A stretch of 62,235 nt of DNA from Glaucostegus cemiculus. Lineage: Eukaryota. The stretch spans positions 7,255,766-7,318,000 of the forward strand of contig CDPCPM010000091.1 in NCBI GenBank assembly GCA_976551045.1. Reading direction: 5' to 3'. A program made the translations under genes and the position numbers. The first letter of the stretch is position 1, and the number at the start of each line of letters is the position of its first letter. This document shows, one piece after another, positions 50,156 to 62,235 of this stretch. Below the pieces are notes generated by a model. It was not told the DNA's origin, made no database searches, and saw only the letters and a program-made list of their open reading frames with translations.

Positions 50156-51977
50156 CTGCCTCAATGCCAGCTTAGTACAGCACCATGGGCATTATGTCAT
50201 TCTCTGCAGTCCACAACATTGGCCCAATAGACAATGGTCATGGTACTTCACATCCTAACATTGCCGCACATAATAAATCACTCAGACTATATTCCTTAAT
50301 GTATTATGAAAATCTATTGGGCTCTGTATGCCATTTTTACAAGCTCCATTTTTCTTCCCAACAACACAGCATCAATTGTTGTACTTGAGACATTTGATCA
50401 ACAGATGAAAAATGGATATTGAGCTAATAATTAAAAGGGTAGTTAATGCAAGAGCTTACAAGCAGAAATATAGACCTGGATGTTGTTTGAATTATGCCAC
50501 CCACTTCACAGTATAGAGAAGTAGGAGACAAAGTTATTTAAGATCCTGCTTTACGAGTTTCCTAATTCATTCCTTGTAGTTTCTTTTAATCAGAAGAGAT
50601 TTTTAGATGTTCAATGTGCATGCTCAGATATGAACTTCTGAGGCTATCATCTTCCCATTACCAGTGGAGGGAGGATTTCAAATGTTGAATTTCAAAATAG
50701 AATGAATGGTTGTGATTTAACACTTGTAGTTAACGCCTCATTGCTTAGCCCCAAAAGTCACATGCCAAACTATTCAATTTTCAACACTTAGAATTTCCAC
50801 AGATGTTTTCTGACACTATTCTGCTAGATTGAAAAATACCCAATATCAGGGGTAAATCTTTGCTATGACCTTGTAGTAGGAAATATTTCCTTTTAAATAC
50901 AACTGAAAATGTACTGGAATTCCAGTAAAGCAGAAATTCAGTTACTGTGACTAAATCAAATATTATAAGGAAAGTTCAGGTCTGATGGCTGATCTGTAGT
51001 TAGTTGGCCTCATTCAGAACAGCTGTTAAATGCTTAAACAACTCAAACACCTTGATTAGAGGTGAACAAATTGACCACGTTTCCTGTTCTGGATCACTGT
51101 GCAGTGATCGCTGATGGAAGTGAATACACGTTGATGTAGGTTAGTGAGAGAATTAGATTAGGCTGTGACATCCTTCAAATCAAGTCAGTCTGCTGACTTT
51201 CACAGACAAGGTTCACACATAAATGTGATCACTGGGACGTGATATTGAAGCTAACTGTAGACAGGAAGGGAGCATGCCCTTCAAAAGTGAGAAAAGGGAA
51301 GAGACATGCAGGTAAAAATGTTGAATCAACAAAAAAAGTTACTGAAAACAGAAGCTTATAAATATCATTGCTTTCAACTTCTTTGTGTACACTGGATAGC
51401 AGTCAGAAGAGGTTCTTATCACTGTAAGAGTCAAATAAACACAATAAGTTATTGCTCACCTGTTTACATTGAGATTGGAGACCACATGTTCAACTCTTAA
51501 CCACTCTCCAAAATGGCCTCAGCTGGAAATCAGAATTATTTATTGTCACAACCATACACACAGTTAGGGCTAGGCAATAAATGATGACCATGCCAAATCT
51601 GCAGACCTTTCAAGAACAAGTATAAAAAAGTTATTTTATTTACATTCATATTATTACATTAATGCTCAGCTTACAGAAACTGAGCTATTTAGTTATTTGT
51701 AAAATCTACATGAAGCATTTCAGTGGGGAATAATGCTGCAAGCTCATCAGACCTCAAACAGCATCAGCAGTGACAGTACAAGAGCATTGCACATTATCCC
51801 AAGCCACCAGTTACCCCAGTGTTTCTTAGAACTTATTGTGGATTTTAGATACGCAAGCTTGGCATGCAGATGATATAGAAAGCTGAATGAAATGGAAAAA
51901 ACTGGAGATCATCATATTAAAGGTTAGCACAGTAAAAAAAAAGAAAGCATACACCTTGAAATTTATTTTCAATTGGT

Positions 51978-52386
51978 TGTCACAATAGTGATTGAAGAGC
52001 AAGCTCACAGAGAACCCAAATGCAGCACACTGGTACAAGACTGGAGTCAGGATACTTCCTCAGGACCAGACACAGGCAACGCTGGAAGGAAATCTTGCCT
52101 CAGAGATCTGAGTAGTAATCCCAACAAAAACTGAATCTTCAAGCAGGACTAGAGAACACAGGACTGCTCTGGAGTAGACCACTCTAAGCAGCTAGAAACC
52201 AAATTGAATCTTCAAGATTGACCAATCCTCTGGCAACTAGTGCTAGAGAAACCCAGGTACTTATGCTAGGCCCCTGATGGGGCTCAGGTGTGTGTCATTG
52301 TGCAATCAGTCCAGCATGGAATCCATGTGCTGTACAACGAGGCATCTAAGGAACCAAATCAAGGGCCAGTACTCCGAATCATGACA
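51978..52386 (-). mobile_element. Solo LTR, same family as 44278-44690, TSD TTGGT
   Basis: TGTCA...TGACA termini; TTGGT at 51973-51977 and 52387-52391. Confidence 0.9.
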
Positions 52387-55300
52387 TTGGTAGCAATAAA
52401 TGTGATGTATATTTGTGTGGTACTTTGTACTTTCCCTCTGAAACCCAGTCTCTTGAATTTCTAGGCAATGATAACAATAATTATGTGCATTTATATAATA
52501 TCCTTTTAGAATGAAAGCATCCCAGGACTTTCACAGAGCAATGTAAAGCTAAAATTGACATCTTTTCAGAGAATCTATAGAACAGCTCTGTTGATTGACA
52601 ACTTAAGAATCCTACCAATGTACTCTACTGACTCCTGTGCATAACACTCCACTAATGTTACAGAATGTGGAAGACATAGAAACATTGGTCCCATGACTCA
52701 CACAATATAAATAAAGTTAAAACTAATCATGTAAAAGAATCATATCAACTGAATTAGAAATCAAACACATTGTTTTCTGGAAAGAGAAACTCTAAGGGCT
52801 ATTTGATTAAAGAATGGTTTCTGAGTAGGAAATCAAATGAAAAATGATTCATAAATTATGCAAAAGGTTTGTCAGAGTAAGTGTGATTAATAGATGCTGT
52901 GTGAAGAGTTGGAATAATGAGATGAAGCCTATTAGAAGATGTAGAAGAAACAACATAGCATCAGTAGGAATCAGTCATGAGTTAACAAATGTAGACAAAC
53001 AAGTTAAATCAGGAAACAAGTTAGTTAAGGAGTTTTTGTCAGTGTGTGCTTGCAATCATTCTGAGGCAGCTGGATCATTTGGCAAATGGGTATATTGGAC
53101 ACAAGATCAGCAAACTATGGAATACGAGTGCAACAGTGTCAATTTCAAGCAAAGAGAGAAGGGATTATGATAGAGAATAAATCAAGTAAGGATTGAAAAT
53201 AATTGATCATCTTGATGGAGGATGAATTTCTAAAATGAGAAAGTGAAAATGATAAAAATGGATTAATTAGAAAGAATTGTTAATGTGGTTGTTGTAATAT
53301 CAATAAATAGGCAGTGTAACAAAAAAGCCAAAGTGTGGATGTCAATGATGTGGGAAGCATTCAAAGGCATAAATGAGTATTTGTGCAAGTGTCAGTCATG
53401 ATACCAATGGAAATTAGAATACTTCAGTGTAATATGTTTCTATTTCTGGTCAAGTTTACATTTACTAACACACCATGAATCATAAAGCAAAGCTGGAAAT
53501 AACATGCATAGTTCAGTGGAACTATCCTGAAAATGAGATGGTCAAGTTGAACAACTAATGAGATTGGTCCTTGAAATGGAAGAAAGAGAAGCAATGTTGT
53601 CATCGTTATGAGCAAAATGACATTTTGTGGGCAGAGCACACAGACAACCCCGGAAAGTTGCTGGGATGCTAATATCTAGAAACATTAATGCCATTAAATT
53701 AAGAGGCAGGAGTAGGCTGTTGAGCAGGCCATCACTCTTATTCTGCCATTCGATTAGATCATGGCTAATCTGTTGCCAACTGCATTCACTTGCCTTTCCA
53801 GTGACAGCCTTACTTGCCAAAAGTAATGTCAACTTAGGGTGTTCTTTTTCTTCATACTAATGCAGGGAAACAAAATGGATATTTAGAATGTCTATTTGTC
53901 ATTTTTGACTGGGATTAAATAACTGCTCAGAGCATGGAACATTTCTGGTTTGTATGGTTTGTAAGGATCAATACAACACATAAAACATACAATAAAAATA
54001 TTATCAGGGAAATTATGTAACTTCTTCAAATATTAGGAATAGATATACGAATTTGCACTCCTGGCAAGTGCTTTGTTTACTGAATTTGCTTGTTGAGAAT
54101 TTGGCCCATGCCACATACTCTTCTGACAAGGGGGAACGTCTGGCTTAAATCCAATACTGCTGCTAGCAGAGAAGCCTGCTGGCCAGCAGTATGGGCCAGA
54201 AGAATTACCCCTCTTATGATACCAATTAATAATATTTTGTTCTGAAACAAAGTACTTTTAAATTAATTCTGATAGGACTCATGTGATCCCCTTTCAAATC
54301 TACCAAAGGTCTTGACCCTTTCTATCTTTGCAATTGCCTCCACAGCAAGGGTTCTCTGTACTCTTCAGGTTCTGGGTTCTTGCACATTCTGGATTTTGAT
54401 TGTTCCACTCTTGGGAGCAGTTGCTAGAACTTAAAGCTCTGGAACTTCCCTAAATCTCTCCAAATCTCCATTGATATCCTCCTGAAGATACTCCTTAAAA
54501 CTCCCTCATTGATCAATGCGGCTGATCTGGTATCTCCTTTTGTGACTTGGTGCCATACATTATTTAATAATCTTCAACTAAGTGCCTTGGGTTATTTTAC
54601 TGTTTTAAAGATGCTTTAAAAAAGCATTGTGGCAAAGATTCCCTTACACTTTTTCCACCTGAATGTATTCTTGTGTGTTGGAGAAATACATTCTCATTCA
54701 TTATTATTTTACCAATTGATGGCAAAATAATCAGTTCTTATTTCTTTGCACGGGGACTCTCATCATTTTGTATTACTTCTATCTTTACTTGAGGAATTGC
54801 ATCAGATCTGCGGTGGGCATGTTTGATGGAATGCCATGAGAGCAGGTCATTTCATTTAACCATAAACAGTCTTATTTGGTAGTAAGTAAAGGAAGACACT
54901 GGAAGAGTATCAAACAATATGCTTGACTTTCAGGATATTAGGCATGCAGTTCAGTGTAATTTGATTCCAAGTCCAAATACAGTGGCAGAGTAATATCATA
55001 GTCTAATGTTTTGGCACTTGTTTACAATGGGACCAATTTTACTGGACATTCTTGAAAATCTAGGATGCTCAGTCTTTAGGGAGGTTCCAAATGTGGGTTC
55101 CAATTCAATCACCTTAATTGAAAGTACAGGACTTGCACTTTGTGGTTACCATGGGTTTTGTGACAACCACATTTTTAAAGAGAGCAAGTCCATCTGGATA
55201 TTTTGCATCATCTTTGTTTGTCACGAGCTAGAAGTCAGGAGGATACCAGTTATATCATCAATTAGTCAACTGCTAGAAAAATGTATAGCAATGAAATATA

Positions 55301-55958
55301 TTGTTTCTGAGAAAAATTATCTTTCTAGCATGTTATTTAGCTGGAAGAGGCTGATATCTGGCTAGATAAAGCTGTAGAGAGCTCTTGGCTAACTGCAGGG
55401 AGTATGCTTTGGCTTCCTTCCCCTCCTGCTGCAGTGCGGGAGTTGGGAATGTCCTGGAGGTCAGACGTGAGCACATCAGACCTCTTGCTCAGTTTACCAC
55501 TGAGTCCAGGGTCTTTCTGAAACTTGCTGATCCAAGCAAATGGATACACTTCTAAACTGGCTTATCAGCTTTATGGTGAATATAACTGATACATTTAATG
55601 TGGCCCCATACATTTGAATGGGTTTGCTGACCATAATTACAAAGGTACATTTAGCTTACTTCTCTATTTATTTTTCTTTATTTCTCTGTGTATTTATGTT
55701 TTTTTTTAAATTTAATTAATGATTAATTTGCTTCAGTTATATAGGTCCCTGGTCAGACCCCACTTGGAGTATTGTGCTCAGTTCTGGTCACCTCACTACA
55801 GGAAAGATGTGGAAGCCATAGAGAGGGTGCAGAGGAGGTTTACGAGGATGCTGCCCGGAATGAGGAGCATGCCTTATGAGAGCAGGTTGCGGGAACTCGG
55901 CCTTTTCTCCTTGGAGAGAAGGAGAATGAGGGGGGATCTGATAGAGGTATATAAGATG

Positions 55959-58060
55959 ATAGAACAATAGAACAATACAGCACAGAACAGGCCCTTCGGC
56001 CCATCAAGCTGTGCCATCCTACAAACATCTCCCAAACTAACTCTTTCCACCCTCATATCCTACTATTCCACATTCTTCCATGTGCTTATCTAACAATCTC
56101 TTAAACCTGTCCAACGTATCTGCCTCCACTACCACCCCAGGCAGTGCATTCCATGCACCAACCACTCTCTGGGTGAAAAACTTCCCTCTGACATCTCCCC
56201 TATACTTTCCACCTATTATCTTAAAGGCATGCCCTCTCGTCTTGAGCATCTGCGCTCTGGGAAAGAGGCGCTGACTATTAACTCTATCTATTCCTCTCAA
56301 TATCTTAAACACCTCTATCAAGTCCCCTCTCATCCTCCTCCTCTCTAATGAGTAGAGCCCTAGCACCTTAAGCCTCTCTTTATATTCCATGCCCTCCAAT
56401 CCAGGCATCATCCTGGTAAAACGCCTCTGCACCCTCTCCAACGCCTCCACATCCTTCCTATAATGCGGCGACCAAAACTGAACACAATATTCCAAGTGCG
56501 GCCTAACTAGAGTTTTGTAAAGCAGCATCATCACCTCTCTGCTCTTGAACTCAATCCCTTTATTTATAAAAGCCAACATCCCATAAGCCTTCTTAACAGC
56601 CCTATCCACCTGCGAGGCAACTTTGAGCGAACTGTGGATATGAACCCCCAGATCCCTCTGCTCCTCTACACTGCCAAGAACCTTACCATTTACCTTATAC
56701 TCTGTCCTGGAGTTTGTCCTCCCAAAGTGCACCACCTCACACTTCTCCGGATTAAACTCCATCTGCCACCTATCAGCCCATTTCTGCATCCTATCAATAT
56801 CCCCCTGTAAGCTCCTACAGTCCTCCACACTATCTACCACACCACCGATCTTGGTGTCATCTGCAAACTTACCAACCCATCCCTCCACTCCTTCATCCAA
56901 ATCATCTATGAATATAACAAAGAGTAGAGGCCCCAGAACCGATCCCTGCGGGACTCCACTAGTCACAGCCCTCCAATCCGAGGGCACTCCCTCCACCATA
57001 ACCCTCTGCCTTCTACAGGAAAGCCAATTTCTTATCCACACAGCCAACCTCCCCTGGATACCTCGACCTCTGACCTTCTGAAGAAGCCTGCCATGAGGAA
57101 CCTTATCGAACGCCTTACTAAAATCCATATACACTACATCCACCGCCCTGCCCTCATCAAGCTTCCTCGTCACCTCCTCAAAGAACTCTATCAGGCTCGT
57201 GAGGCAAGATCTTCCCTTCACAAAGCCATGCTGACTGTCCCTAATCAGTCCATGACTCTCCAAGTGCTCATAGATCCTGTCCCTCAAAATCCTTTCCAAC
57301 AGCTTACCTACCACAGACGTGAGGCTCACCGGTCTGTAATTTCCCGGACTATCTCTACTGCCCTTCTTAAACAAGGGAACAACATCCGCTACTCGCCAAT
57401 CCTCCAGCACCATCCCCGTGGACAACGAGGACTCAAAGATCCTCACCAGCGGATCAAGAATCTCCTCCCTCGCCTCCCGAAGCAGCCTGGGGAATATTCC
57501 ATCGGGCCCCGGAGACTTATCAGTCTTGATACTACTTAACAATTTCATCACCTCCTCCCTCTCTATAGCTACATACTCAAGAATATTACCCTTGTCAGCA
57601 CTCACTGTCACATCATCAAGGCCCCTCTCCTTGGTGAATACAGAGGAGAAGTATTCATTAAGTACCTCCCCTACCTCTGCCGCCTCCAGGCACATCCTCC
57701 CACCTTTGTCCTTAATAGGCCCTACCTTTACCCTAGTCATCCTTCTGCCCTTCACATAAGAGAAAAAAGCCTTGGGATTTTCCTTAACCCTACGAGCCAA
57801 CATCTTTTCATGTCCCCTTCTAGCTCTCCTCAGCTCTTTCTTAAGTTCCCTTCTCACTATACTATACTCCTCACGGGCCACATCAGAGCCTTGCCACTTA
57901 CACCTTACGTAAGCCTCCTTCTTCCTCCTAACCAGTCTTTCTACCTCTCTTGTCACCCACGGTTCCTTCACTATTCCATTCTTCCTCCGTCTTGCCGGAA
58001 CATATCTGTCCCCAACATCCTGTAAAACATCCCTGAACAACGTCCACATCTCTACAGTAC
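55959..58060 (-). mobile_element. Young 5'-truncated CR1 LINE (~2.1 kb)
   Basis: Complete RT motifs (KSPGPDG, NYRPVSL, DFSKAFD, QGSVLGP, FADD) and (CTATTGTT)n tail. Confidence 0.95.
56037..58060 (-). pseudogene. Uninterrupted CR1 ORF2 portion with entire RT domain, no endonuclease
   Basis: 695-aa ORF whose first ~21 codons derive from junction filler and the antisense host. The first ATG is at 58049. Confidence 0.85.
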
Positions 58061-58789
58061 TGATCGGGTATTGATCGGGTAGGTAGTCAGAGGCTTTTCC
58101 CCAGGGCTGAAATAGTGGCCACAAGAGAACATAGGTTTAAGGTGCTGGGGAGTAGATATAGAGGAGATGTTAGGGATAAGTTTTTTACTCAGAGAGTGGT
58201 GAGTGCGTGGAATGGGCTGCTGGAGGCAGTGGTGGAGGTGGATACGATAGGGTATTTCAAGAGACACGGAGCTAGGTAAAATAGAGGGCTATGGAAATGT
58301 AGGGACATGTTCAGCACAGCTTTGTGGGCCGAAGGGCCTGAATTGTGCTGTAGGTGTTCTATGTTCAATGTTCCATGATTGTTTAATGCGTTATTGAATA
58401 CCATTATTATTTAACTTAGTAACTTTTAAAAATATAAAGTTTAATGTTTTAAATTATTTATATCAATTCACTGTTTTTAAATTACTGATAATTAGGGACA
58501 ACTGGAAACTTCTGACAGTATGAGGTGTCAAAAGACGTTGGGGCGGCAGTGCTACTGGTCAGGATCCTGGGATGTATTGTCTAGAGGCTTCGTCACCAGT
58601 CATGGCCTGCTCCACTCATAGAATGGCTGCTGAACTGAGATGGTTGGTGATTGCTGCCACAGAGCTAGTGCAGGAGATGAGCATGGGTGCTGGATCAGAT
58701 CGAACACAATTCAACCCATTATGTATTAAAGAAGGAACTTTACCATTGAGAATTTATCCCTTACATGCTTCAAGATTTATTTTCTTGAG

Positions 58790-59088
58790 TTATGTCCTCT
58801 CCTATCAGATTCTATCTTCTTCTGCCCTTTGTCACTTCCACCTATCACCCCCCAGATTCTTATGTCATCCCCACTCTCTGCCTCCCTCACTTGCCAGCTC
58901 TCCTCCACCCCTTCCCTCCACCTTTTTATACTGGTCCTCTCCCCTGTTTCTTTCCAGTCCTCATGAAGGATCTTGACCCGAAATGTTGACTGTCCATCTC
59001 CCTCCACCGATGCTGCCTGACCCATTGAGTTCTTCCAGCACATTGTGTGTTGCTCCAGATTTCCAGCATCTGCAGTCTCTCTTGTGTC
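58790..59088 (+). mobile_element. Penelope-like terminal repeat with decayed hammerhead ribozyme (58955-58992)
   Basis: CAGTC-CTCATGA-A-GGATCTTGACCC-GAAAT-GTT-GACTG followed by GATGCTGCCTGACCCATTGAGTTCTTCCAGCA. Confidence 0.7.
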
Positions 59089-59429
59089 AAGATTTATGTT
59101 CTAATGGATTGGTTCTTGGAAAATTGTCACAAATTAATACATAATTTCAAAGTATGGTATAAAAGAAAAAAGTGACTGTTAAATATTGCCATAAAAATAG
59201 ATGAGATGCAGTCCCATTATTGTTGCAGGAAGATTTTTTTTAATATAGCCATTAAATCACAAATGTGACAAATCTCTCGGTTATTCTGAAAGGAGTTCTA
59301 ATTGATCAGTTTCATAGAATTTGCAACACAAGGTAAATGTTTGTGAACATGGTACATGTTTGGAAGAGTCTTGATGGTACAATTAAACTATCGCAGAGCA
59401 AATATACAATCCTTAAAATGACTAAAATA

Positions 59430-60295
59430 TAAAAGATATAAGCAATAGAAGCAGGTGAAAGATCAGCCCCTCATTCCTGCTCTAATAAAACTGTGGCTGA
59501 TCTTTCACCTTAGCACATACTAACCTTATATGGCTTGTATCCTTTAATATCCAAAAACCTGTTCACCTCTGTCTTGAATAAACTCAGTAACTGAGCCTCC
59601 ACTCACCATTTGAGTTGAGAATTTCAAAAATCGTTTCAGTGAAGAAATTTCTTTTCACTTCAGTCCTGAAGGATGACCTTTTACCTTGAGTCTGTGACTC
59701 TTGGTTCTGGACACCCATGTCAGGGGAAACATCATTCCTGCATCCACGCTGTGAAAAACACATAGGCTGCTTAAATGAGATCGCCTCTCATTCTTTCTAA
59801 ATTATGGACCCAGTGTACTTCAAGTCTCCTCCCCTGTCCAAGGACTCAATCTGACGAACATCTGTTGCATTCTGTGTGGGACAAATATATTCTTCCTTCA
59901 GTAGGGTGGCCAGATGTGAACACAATATTCCACGTGCAGTTGTATCGGGGTCCTACATTGGTTTCCCAGTCAGAAAATGATCTATTTATTGCAAATTTAT
60001 GTTTCTGTCCAAATCTATACCATATGTTTCTGTCCAAATCTATACCACCCCTTCCCTCCACCTTTTTATACTGGTCCTCCCCCCTATTTCTCTGATTTTA
60101 CTTAATAAACTTTTTTTATGGCACTTTATTGTAGATCATCCATTGGTTCTCCCTTAAGTATTCTACTGGTTACAACTTCAACAATCTCAAGGAGATTTGT
60201 CAAACTTGATTTCCCTTTCATATGTCCATGCTGACTCTGCTTGGTCTTATCATTGTTTTCTAAGTGTCCTGTTATCACTTCCTTGATAATTGATA
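59430..60295 (-). mobile_element. Old CR1 fragment with internal deletion and filler
   Basis: 3' end at ~59440 and 'SQHG' region at ~60230. Confidence 0.6.
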
Positions 60296-61919
60296 CAAAC
60301 ATAGAAGCAAGTGTAGGAATTACTCAAGTGATTTACTTTATATACCATCATCTTTACTGCAACTAGTTAGTAATGAATAATTATATGGCAAAATTTCACT
60401 TGAACTGTACTTATACAACATGGCTATTTTTACTTTCTTCTATGTGACAGACTTCTACTAATAAATATAAAAAGCAAATAGAACATTTCTGTTCTTTTTC
60501 AGTTACATAAAACATTAATATTGAACTAGCTTAATATAGCTGTTTGAATGGACTCTCCGAGAAAGGTTTCAAAGATTAAGTCCTCTTCTAATATGTGAAA
60601 GAAAGTAAGGTTGAAAAGACAATGGATTTATAACATGAGATTCCAAAATGAATTGCACAAGACAAAGGTCATGCACCACAAACCAGGAAAAAACAGGACA
60701 GCAAAGAATTATACTAATAAAATATAATGGAAAGCTGAATCCTTAAGCATATCACAGTACAGCATTGACTTTTCTTGTGGTTCAGAAACATATCGCTCAT
60801 CAAGACAGTGAATATGACTCAACAAAATCAAATGAATCTGAAATACTAACAAAAGTACTTTCATTAAAAATAATCTCTTTTTTTAAATTTAAGAATATCT
60901 TCAAAATTATGAATGAGAAGGTAAAGGGATTCAAGTTATCAGTGAAACCTTACTCTTTATGTAGTTGGATACTAACAATGTAGGCCCCACACTAGGGTTT
61001 CAAAAAAGTTGAGGACTTCTGATAGCATTCCAGAGTTGCGTTACATTGGTGGCTTTTTATCAGTACCTTGCAGATTAACTAGATAGTCAACCTGCTCTGG
61101 CATCTCTGTGTGATAAAGGTGCTTTATCTCATGTGACATTACCATTTTACTATCCATCTGGGGACCACCAGACTGCATCATTCAGTGTGACATATAATAA
61201 AACAAATGTCCAAAATAATGAAAGAAATGTCCATCTTCTTGTTCTTTTAGATGTATTGTTATCTCTCCATTGTGGGTAATATTCTTTTATGTTTTAGTAT
61301 TTAATTTTTCCAGCTTATGTTCTATTCTGGAGAATTTATCAACAGATGTGCAATTTCAAGGATTGGCAGCAGAATAATACAGATTGGGGATGGAATCTCT
61401 GGTCTTAATTTGCTGTGGTATATTTTCCCTCGCCAGGTTTTTTGTTTTTGTTAAGCCTTGATTTTCTCCTCTGGTTGTGGAAAAGTTCTAGATACTACTG
61501 TAAAGAACTAGGTATTAGGGACAATAATCTGTCGAGACTACAAGGAATATTTTAATGAATGGAATTTGAAATACTTAGACTGCAGGATTTTGGAAAGTAA
61601 TTGTTCCAGGAATCAGAGGAACAAAAATGAATATATCTACTTCAAGCATAATAAATACAAATAAAAATAGTATACTGACCTCGTCAAATATTATTGCTGG
61701 CATACCTATGCGAGTAAACTGCGTAAACTGTGTAAATAATAATTTTCAGCTAATGACTGACTGAAAAAGTAGTATCAAAACTTACTAGGATTGATATTGC
61801 AAAGTTGTGTTGACTTTCATATTCCAAGTTTCAAAGTGGTGGGCTACTTTTTAAGAAACTTTTTGATGACTTTTGCCTTCATGGTCTAGAAAGGACTCTG
61901 TTCCAGAGAAATACCTTTC

Positions 61920-62235
61920 AGAGTCAGTATCAGGTTTATTATCACTGATGTACGTTGTGAAATCTGTTGTTTTGTGGCAACAGTACTATGCAAGACGGTG
62001 CAAGGCATAAAGACATTAAAAATTACTATAAGTTACAAAAGTAAATAAATAGTGCAAAAGAGGAATAACAAGATACTGTTCATGGGTTCATGGACCATTC
62101 AGAAATCTGATAGTGGAGGGGAAGAAGCTGTTCCTGAAATGTTGAGTGTGGGTCTTCAGGCTCCTGTACCTTCTCCCTGATGGTAGTTACGTGAAGGGGG
62201 CATTTCCTGGGTGGTGAGGGTCCTTAATGATGGAT
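61920..62235 (-). mobile_element. Older Rex1/Babar-type 3' fragment (runs off the window)
   Basis: Closely similar to 14207-14500. Confidence 0.75.

Larger units (their letters stand above)
55725..58377 (+). mobile_element. CR1 3' fragment (host; halves 55725-55960 and 58070-58377) split by an antisense CR1
   Basis: 'RGDLIEVYKMI' resumes as 'IDRVGSQRLFPRAE'; (TTCTATG)-type tail at the end. Confidence 0.88.

Noticed and set aside
44278-52386. A single full-length LTR retrotransposon
   Set aside because: Each LTR has its own TSD and the interval has no gag/pol.
58061-58124. Novel N-terminus making a domesticated 695-aa RT gene
   Set aside because: TTG start, and the sequence is junction filler plus antisense host CR1.
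61714-61740. GTAAAC(T) triplet resembling FOX sites
   Set aside because: A short 9-bp tandem repeat; only one canonical site.
1-62235. CRISPR arrays, prokaryotic defence or retron systems
   Set aside because: Eukaryotic DNA with no repeat-spacer arrays; all RTs are LINE-type.

Overview
This is vertebrate nuclear DNA. The repeat landscape (CR1, Rex1/Babar and RTE LINEs, V-SINEs, Deu-SINEs, Penelope remnants) points to a cartilaginous fish, probably a batoid; this is inferred from recognising the repeats, not from a database search. The left end holds a gapped G-rich tract and a CpG island. The island looks like the promoter and non-coding first exon of an unidentified minus-strand gene, with two short uORFs and a splice donor at 1773. 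The remaining ~60 kb is AT-rich, apparently intergenic and packed with retroelements, and I found no host protein-coding exon. The only long ORFs are 5'-truncated young LINE reverse transcriptase (RT) fragments. Most notable observations: (1) two LINE insertions nested antisense inside their own clade (Rex1 in Rex1, CR1 in CR1), each with a 5'-junction filler copied from adjacent DNA; (2) a V-SINE family whose 3' tail resembles Rex1 rather than CR1, next to CR1-tailed V-SINEs; (3) two solo LTRs, each with its own 5-bp target-site duplication (TSD); (4) decayed Penelope hammerhead ribozymes; (5) a perfect 20-bp hairpin; (6) a templated-insertion repair scar. I see no convincing new protein-coding system. 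Boundaries of old repeats are approximate.
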